Assembly (NCBI GenBank): GCA_004292595.1
Contig: RDXM01000118.1
Coordinates: 421 to 64,420 of the forward strand
Source of the DNA: Candidatus Kapaibacterium sp.
GTDB lineage: Bacteria > Bacteroidota > Ignavibacteria > Kapaibacteriales > UBA4661
DNA length: 64,000 bases
Direction of reading: 5' to 3'
Shown here: piece after piece, positions 58,160 through 64,000 of the stretch
How the letters are laid out: every line of letters starts with the position of its first letter
How positions within the stretch are numbered: position 1 is the first letter of the stretch
The notes under the pieces: generated by a model
What the model was told of the DNA's origin: nothing
The model's input: only the letters and a program-made list of their open reading frames with translations
The model's database searches: none
Made by a program: the position numbers and the translations under genes

Positions 58160-59710
58160 CTATTGCTTGCCTAATCGCGCCATTTCGCGCTGCGCCTGAC
58201 GGCGGACGGTATCTTCATCGTCGTAATCCTTGTAGGCAAGCGCGTATTCGAGATTTTGTTTTGCTTCGGTTTTCTTTCCGGATTTTGCTTGTACTTGCGC
58301 CAAACGCAGATGAGAGCTGGGCGTAATCCACTTTTCTTCTTGCGGCTTTGCTTGAAGAGCTTGCAGAAAGCGTTGTTCGGCTTCGGCGGGCTTGCCAAGC
58401 TCCACAAGCGCACGACCGCAGAGATAGAGCGTTTGCCCGCGCACGTCATCGTTCAGTTGCTTTTTGAGGAGTTCCTCGGCAAGGCGCACTGTTTCTGCGT
58501 ATTCCGCCCCACGAAACGACACCGAAACGCGCCGCGCTGCCGCTTGTTCGGGCGAAAGCGGCTTCTGGAGAAGGTCGGCGGCGGCTTTGTAAGGAAGTGC
58601 TTTTTGATAAAATTGCGTTGCTTGTGCATGGTTGCCGTCCATATCCTGCATCAAACCTTGCAAGTAGAGCGAATTGCGCATATTGCTGGAATCGGCGGCA
58701 AGTGCGATACATTTTTGCAAATACTGATTGGACTCGGCAAACTTCAAGCGATACATCATGCACGCGCCCAAGAGCAGATTTCCGCGCGATTGTGCAGCTT
58801 TGTCGGGCATTTGCAGGACAGCTTGAAAATACGTGGCGGCTTCGTCGGGCTTGCGCACAACATTCATCAAAATCTGTCCCGAAACGAGCTTGTAAAAATA
58901 ATTTTGCGGATATTGTGCAGAAAGATTTTTCAAGTGATAGAGCGCACGTGGCGCAGTTTCTTCCATTTCTTGATAAAACGTCGAGAGCCAATACTGCGCC
59001 TCAGCGCGAGTATAGATGCCGTTTACAGCCGCATTTTCTAACTGCTTCAAGCCCAAATTACGGTCGGTGGTGAATCCAGCGAGTTTTATTGCGGGTTTGA
59101 TAACAGCAGGAGCTTGGGCGACAAGGCAATTAAACAGCCCGAAGCCCATTTGCGCGTCAGCGTTGTTCGGGTCGGCTTTCACAGCATCATTCAAATAATC
59201 GTAGCCTTTTTTGCCATCCCACAGCGATTGCGTGATAGTTTTCATGCGTTCTTCAGCGTTGAAAAAGCGGCAAATACCGCGATAGCCATATGAACCGCCC
59301 AAATAAAACAAGGCTTTGGAGTCGTTTGGGGCTGATTTCAAGATATTCTCGCACACGGAAATCGTGTTCTGCTGCAACTGCATGAAGCGGTTGTAGTCGC
59401 TCTTATTTTGCTGCAAACGATATTTATAAAAGTAGGTCATGCCTTTCACAAAATGCCCACGCGGGTCGGCGGGAGCCATTGTAATGACTTCGTTGCAACG
59501 CTGTTCGGCTTCTTGATAGCGCAAATTATACAAGCTATTGATTGCCTCCATCGTCGTCGTATGCACTTTGTTCCAATCAACGTTTGGCGGATTTGTCTGT
59601 GCTGTCAAAGGCAGAGAAACAAAGCAAAGAAAAAGCACACAAGCGAGAAACAACGCGGCATTGGAGACAAAAGAGACAAACAAGCGAAAAAAAATAGGTA
59701 TGCGGTGCAT
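58160..59710 (-). CDS. tetratricopeptide repeat protein, exported
   Basis: Signal-like N-terminus; multiple TPR-like helical repeats. Confidence 0.8.
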   Translation of the reverse strand: MHRIPIFFRLFVSFVSNAALFLACVLFLCFVSLPLTAQTNPPNVDWNKVHTTTMEAINSLYNLRYQEAEQRCNEVITMAPADPRGHFVKGMTYFYKYRLQQNKSDYNRFMQLQQNTISVCENILKSAPNDSKALFYLGGSYGYRGICRFFNAEERMKTITQSLWDGKKGYDYLNDAVKADPNNADAQMGFGLFNCLVAQAPAVIKPAIKLAGFTTDRNLGLKQLENAAVNGIYTRAEAQYWLSTFYQEMEETAPRALYHLKNLSAQYPQNYFYKLVSGQILMNVVRKPDEAATYFQAVLQMPDKAAQSRGNLLLGACMMYRLKFAESNQYLQKCIALAADSSNMRNSLYLQGLMQDMDGNHAQATQFYQKALPYKAAADLLQKPLSPEQAAARRVSVSFRGAEYAETVRLAEELLKKQLNDDVRGQTLYLCGRALVELGKPAEAEQRFLQALQAKPQEEKWITPSSHLRLAQVQAKSGKKTEAKQNLEYALAYKDYDDEDTVRRQAQREMARLGKQ

Positions 59711-59834
59711 AACACAAAGCAAAGAAAATGGTGTGGAGAGTGAAGCAATTATGCGCAGAGTAGCGTGGTGGAAAGGCGCAAATATTTCTTACGGCATTCT
59801 TTGGGAATTGTTACGGAGATTGTTGCGAAGATTG

Positions 59835-60779
59835 CTACGGGTGCGTCCGAAAAACGTCATCCAGCGCGTCGTGGAGCGGCTTGGGGAGCATTGCCCGCCA
59901 ATACGGACGCTCTTTCGTCATAAAATTGCTCACTGCCTGCGCATCACTTCCTTTCGCCAGAAGCCGCACCGTTACAAGCGCGGAGGAATACACCTCGAAC
60001 AGATTTTGCTGTGTGCGATTCGCTTTCAAGGCGTTTTGACGCTCTTTGTAGCGTGTTTGTGCTTTGTCGGCAGCATCGGCGAAATACCGCAAGCGTAGAT
60101 TCTGTGCGCGTTCTGGCTGTGTGGCAAACACCACAAGCGAATCTGGCACGCTCACGACTTCATTCGGCGCAAGATATTCGGGATAATATTCGTCGTAGGC
60201 AAGCAGCGCGAGTGTGCTGTCTGGAAGCGTGATAAAATCTGGGTTGCCGACATCGAAACCCGCCGCAATGGTATATTTTCCTGCTCGCTTTTTCAAAACC
60301 GTCATGCCAATACTCGCCGTCGCGCTATTGCCGCCGCCATCGGTGCGGATGCAGATTTCGTTTGTGCCGTCGCGGTCGAGGTCGCGCAGGTCGAGCATTG
60401 TGCCGTAGTAGTATGTTCCTTCAAAGGCTTGCCAGAATTGTTTTTTTGTGCTGTCGTATTCGTAAATACGCAAGGTTTCAAAGCCAATTCGCGCACCCAA
60501 TGAATCTTTTGGATAGATTGTTACCAGCGCGTCCTCGAAGCCGTCATTGCCAATGTCAGCGCGGCGCGTGTCAATTTTGCGCGAAGCTAATTCCGAGGGA
60601 ACGGTAAAAGGAATACTGCGCGTTTCCGAAACCGCATGAATAGGCTTTTCTTCGGCGGGTTCATTGCACGAAACGCACACGAAAACGCCCAGCACACAGC
60701 AAAACAACAATGAGCGTAATGAGCGCGATGAAGAATATTCCCAACGGGAACGGCGCAAAAAATGATGTGTGAAGAGCAT
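59835..60779 (-). CDS. hypothetical lipoprotein with FG-GAP/VCBS-like Ca-binding motifs
   Basis: CVSC lipobox-like site; DIGNDGFED and DLDRDGTNE. Confidence 0.65.
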   Translation of the reverse strand: MLFTHHFLRRSRWEYSSSRSLRSLLFCCVLGVFVCVSCNEPAEEKPIHAVSETRSIPFTVPSELASRKIDTRRADIGNDGFEDALVTIYPKDSLGARIGFETLRIYEYDSTKKQFWQAFEGTYYYGTMLDLRDLDRDGTNEICIRTDGGGNSATASIGMTVLKKRAGKYTIAAGFDVGNPDFITLPDSTLALLAYDEYYPEYLAPNEVVSVPDSLVVFATQPERAQNLRLRYFADAADKAQTRYKERQNALKANRTQQNLFEVYSSALVTVRLLAKGSDAQAVSNFMTKERPYWRAMLPKPLHDALDDVFRTHP

Positions 60780-60867
60780 GAATGGTGCGAACGTAAATAG
60801 TGTGGACGTACATGAAAAAAATGCTGGTTCTTATTGGATTTAGTTGGAAAGAATCCCCAACCCATTA

Positions 60868-60923
60868 GTGGCACAGACATTCTTGTCTGTGAGTATTAGT
60901 GCGGGGTTTAGGTAAAAAACACA
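60868..60923. repeat. truncated family A doublet (one arm plus spacer)
   Basis: Left arm and spacer intact; right arm stops after CACA. Confidence 0.8.
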
Positions 60924-60935
60924 TGCTTTACTTTT

Positions 60936-62495
60936 TTATTCCCATTCAATCGTTGCGGGCGGTTTGCTCGAAATATCGTACACAACGCGGTTGATGCCAC
61001 GCACTTCGTTGATGATGCGATTAGAAATGTTCGCCAGCACCTCGTAGGGCATCGGATACCAATTTGCCGTCATGCCGTCCACGCTTGTAACGGCGCGGAT
61101 TGCGCAGACGTTTTCGTAGGTGCGCTCGTCGCCCATCACGCCCACGCTCTGCACGGGGAGCAGCACAGCGAAGGCTTGCCAAATTTCATGGTACAATCCT
61201 GCCTTGCGAATCTCATCAAGATAGATTTCATCAGCCTCGCGGAGAATATTCAGCTTTTCGCGGGTAATTTCTCCCGGTACGCGAATTGCCAAGCCCGGAC
61301 CCGGAAATGGATGCCGGTCGATAAACCAATCTGGAATGCCCAGAAGCCGCCCCACTGCTCGCACTTCGTCCTTGAAAAGTTCGCGGAATGGCTCAATAAG
61401 GCGCAGATTCATCTTCTCTGGCAAACCGCCCACGTTGTGGTGCGTTTTGATGGTTGCCGACGGACCTTTGAACGAAACTGACTCAATCACATCGGGATAG
61501 AGTGTGCCTTGAGCAAGGAACTGTGCGTCGTTGAAGCGTTGTGCTTCTTTCTCGAACACGTCAATAAACGTCGCGCCGATGCTTTTACGCTTTTTTTCGG
61601 GGTCGCTGATGCCCGCCAAGCGGCTCAGGAACAGGTCGGACGCATCAACGCAATCAATACTCATGGAGAAATGTTTTTTGAACAGCTCAATAACGGTGCG
61701 GCTTTCGTCCTTGCGCATTAAGCCGTTGTCAATATGAATACAATGAAGCTGCTCGCCCAATGCTTTGTGCAATAAAACCGCCGCAACCGTAGAATCCACG
61801 CCGCCAGAGAGGGCGCAAATCACGCCGCCCGTGCCAACCTTTGCGCGAATATCTTCGATTGCTTGCTCCATAAACGAACCCGCATTCCAATCAGCGTTGC
61901 AGGAGCAAATTTCTGTCAAAAAATTCGCCAACATCCGCTTCCCATCAAGGCTGTGATGCACTTCGGGGTGAAATTGCATTCCGTAAATATTGCGCTTGGT
62001 GTTTTGCAAGACGCAGTACGGCGCGTTTTCGGTCGTGGCAACAACCTCGAAGCCCTGCGGAATGGCGGTAAGCGAGTCTCCATGCGACATCCAGACCTGC
62101 GACTCATCGGGAACGCCTGCAAGCAATTTCGATTCTCCCACAATACGCAACTGCGCCCGCCCAAATTCACGCTTTGTGGCTTTATCCACCGCGCCGCCTT
62201 GTGTGTGGGCGATAAGCTGCAAGCCATAGCACAGTCCCAGAATGGGCGTGGTGCGGGCTTCGGCAAAAGCAAATACGTCGAAGGCGGGTATTGGTGCGCC
62301 TTCGGCATACACGCTAAACGGACTGCCCGATAAAATAATACCTTTGGGCTGCAAATCTGCCAGCGTTTGTTCAGAAATGGTATAGGGGTGCAATTCCGCA
62401 TAAACACCGCATTCCCGCACACGCCGTGCGATAAGCTGCGAAAATTGCGACCCAAAATCAATAATAATAATGCGTTCTGTGTGCGACATAGACAT
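60936..62495 (-). CDS. guaA: GMP synthase (glutamine-hydrolyzing)
   Basis: [30 protein letters not shown]. Confidence 0.98.
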   Translation of the reverse strand: MSMSHTERIIIIDFGSQFSQLIARRVRECGVYAELHPYTISEQTLADLQPKGIILSGSPFSVYAEGAPIPAFDVFAFAEARTTPILGLCYGLQLIAHTQGGAVDKATKREFGRAQLRIVGESKLLAGVPDESQVWMSHGDSLTAIPQGFEVVATTENAPYCVLQNTKRNIYGMQFHPEVHHSLDGKRMLANFLTEICSCNADWNAGSFMEQAIEDIRAKVGTGGVICALSGGVDSTVAAVLLHKALGEQLHCIHIDNGLMRKDESRTVIELFKKHFSMSIDCVDASDLFLSRLAGISDPEKKRKSIGATFIDVFEKEAQRFNDAQFLAQGTLYPDVIESVSFKGPSATIKTHHNVGGLPEKMNLRLIEPFRELFKDEVRAVGRLLGIPDWFIDRHPFPGPGLAIRVPGEITREKLNILREADEIYLDEIRKAGLYHEIWQAFAVLLPVQSVGVMGDERTYENVCAIRAVTSVDGMTANWYPMPYEVLANISNRIINEVRGINRVVYDISSKPPATIEWE

Positions 62496-62584
62496 AATGT
62501 TTCTTCGTTACGGAGGTTGTGTGCTAGAATGGGACAATGACAATATTAACCGTTTTTGCGAAATAAATCTTGAGGAATCAATCA

Positions 62585-64000
62585 TTAGAAACCAATTTCT
62601 ACGCCAAAATTCACCATGCGGGCTTGCATCACAGCGAAAATATCGCTGGACTGCGCAAAGGAGCGAGAAGGAATATTTGCTGGCGAATTCATCTCGGTTT
62701 CTACGCCAGAGTAGTTCGTCCACAAAAAGGCATTGCGAATAGATACGCCGAGCGTGAAGGTGCGGATATGCTCTGGCAAAAGAGCGGCTTTCTGCAAGGT
62801 GTGGCGGGCATCCCAGCGCACACTCAGTTCGCGCAGACGCACCCAATCGCCATTTTCCAAATAATTTGCCACGTCGCCAAAGCGTGTGTCCATGCGCATA
62901 AATTCTGTTGCTGCTGCCTGATATTCTGGCGTGTTTGGGGCGAGTACTTGCACTCCGTCTGCCGCGCGAATGCCGAGTTGTGCATCGGCGATTTGCCCTT
63001 GTGCCAAGCCAAGCTGCGTCAGAAGGCGATTGAAACGAGGATTGCCGCCAGAGCTAGAGGTTTGCTCGCGAGTGCCATTGAAAATATATCGCCCAAACCC
63101 CGCATCAATCAAGCCATAGAAGGTAACATCGCGGAAGAGCGTGAGCGTCCACGAGAACGACCCCGTGACAAGCGGTACGCTCGAACCAAGTGCGCGTAAG
63201 ACGGAATCTCGCACCGGACCTCGCGCCCAGTCGTAGTAGCCGCTTGCTTGAAAGCGGGGCGCGAGAACAGGACGGTCCATAAACACGCCGCGCCGTTGTC
63301 CTTTTTCGATGTAATTTGAATTGCCAAGCAAGCCAGAACCCGCATAAAAGCTCCGCTCGCGGAAGTTTGTTGTGCCTGAACCCAGACTATCGACGATATT
63401 ATCGGCATAGCCAGCCAAAAGATTCAAGCGCAAGACCGCATTTTCTGTATTCAGCACCGAGCCGTATAGCTGCGCTTCTGCGCCCCAACTGCGCGTTCTG
63501 CCTGTGTTTTGTGCGTTTGTCGCTTCGCCCGTCGAAGGAGCTTTATTGCCGTCTAAAATTGCATCGTTCGCAAATTGAACAAATCCCGTGAGTTCTGCTC
63601 CAAATCTATTCTGTACTTCAATATCTGCCCCAAATTCAATATCCTGAATGCGTTCCGGGCGAATCGAATCGTTGCCAATGGGCGTTTCAAAAAAGATTCT
63701 GCGTCCTGTCGAGCCAGTGAGCGAGGTGCCGGGTGCGTTGAAGGATTTCCATAACGTGCTGGATTGGCGCAGTGTTGGGAGTTTGCCGCTTTCGCCATAG
63801 CCGCCGCGGAATTTGAACAAATTCCACTCGTTGGGAAGAATACCGAGCTTATCCACGCGCAGTGCGAAGCTGCCTTGCGGGTAAAAAATTGCGGGAGTTT
63901 TTTCACCAAGCGTACTGGCGTAGTCATTGCGCACACCACCAGAAACGAAAAGCGTTTTTTTGTAGTCCGTCTCCACGCGAGCAAAGATGCCAGCTTCGCG
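62585..64000 (-). CDS. SusC/RagA-like TonB-dependent receptor, C-terminal part (5' end outside the window)
   Basis: FYPQGS, K.R..YG..G, PE....E.G, YLENGDWVRLREL, W(T)NYSG, terminal Phe. Confidence 0.85.
   Translation of the reverse strand, partial: REAGIFARVETDYKKTLFVSGGVRNDYASTLGEKTPAIFYPQGSFALRVDKLGILPNEWNLFKFRGGYGESGKLPTLRQSSTLWKSFNAPGTSLTGSTGRRIFFETPIGNDSIRPERIQDIEFGADIEVQNRFGAELTGFVQFANDAILDGNKAPSTGEATNAQNTGRTRSWGAEAQLYGSVLNTENAVLRLNLLAGYADNIVDSLGSGTTNFRERSFYAGSGLLGNSNYIEKGQRRGVFMDRPVLAPRFQASGYYDWARGPVRDSVLRALGSSVPLVTGSFSWTLTLFRDVTFYGLIDAGFGRYIFNGTREQTSSSGGNPRFNRLLTQLGLAQGQIADAQLGIRAADGVQVLAPNTPEYQAAATEFMRMDTRFGDVANYLENGDWVRLRELSVRWDARHTLQKAALLPEHIRTFTLGVSIRNAFLWTNYSGVETEMNSPANIPSRSFAQSSDIFAVMQARMVNFGVEIGF

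Noticed and set aside
62585-64000. SusC-like gene without a downstream SusD
   Set aside because: The gene is truncated by the window edge and its partner may lie upstream; cannot be judged here.

Overview
About 64 kb of bacterial chromosome, most consistent with an FCB-group organism (Kapabacteria/Ignavibacteria-like). This is inferred from TAnnTTTG-type promoters, a SusC-like receptor, a T9SS-like C-terminal tail and a detached atpD-atpC pair. The window is mainly housekeeping (valS, thiolase, two acyl-CoA ligases, mrdA, rpsU, atpD/atpC, adk, secA, rpsD, guaA, tRNA-Thr), with small accessory genes interleaved (3 Uma2 nucleases plus one Uma2 shell, PIN, HicB and RelE toxin-antitoxin genes, a clan AA protease, and an AT-rich PD-(D/E)XK gene). 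The most unusual signal is a layered repeat system with no transposase in the window. (i) About 9 REPIN-like GTGG-hairpin doublets. (ii) Two kinds of TA-ended miniature inverted-repeat elements that each enclose another palindromic repeat. (iii) Heptamer tandem arrays with an apparent polarity: G-rich just after stop codons, the reverse complement just before start codons. These arrays bracket a Uma2 gene inserted between atpD and atpC, and one lies in frame inside valS. A tyrosine-ammonia-lyase-type enzyme sits upstream of yceI-yceI-marR, which carries palindromic operator-like sites. No CRISPR array, rRNA, integrase or reverse transcriptase was seen. All annotations come from motif recognition by eye; no database searches were run.
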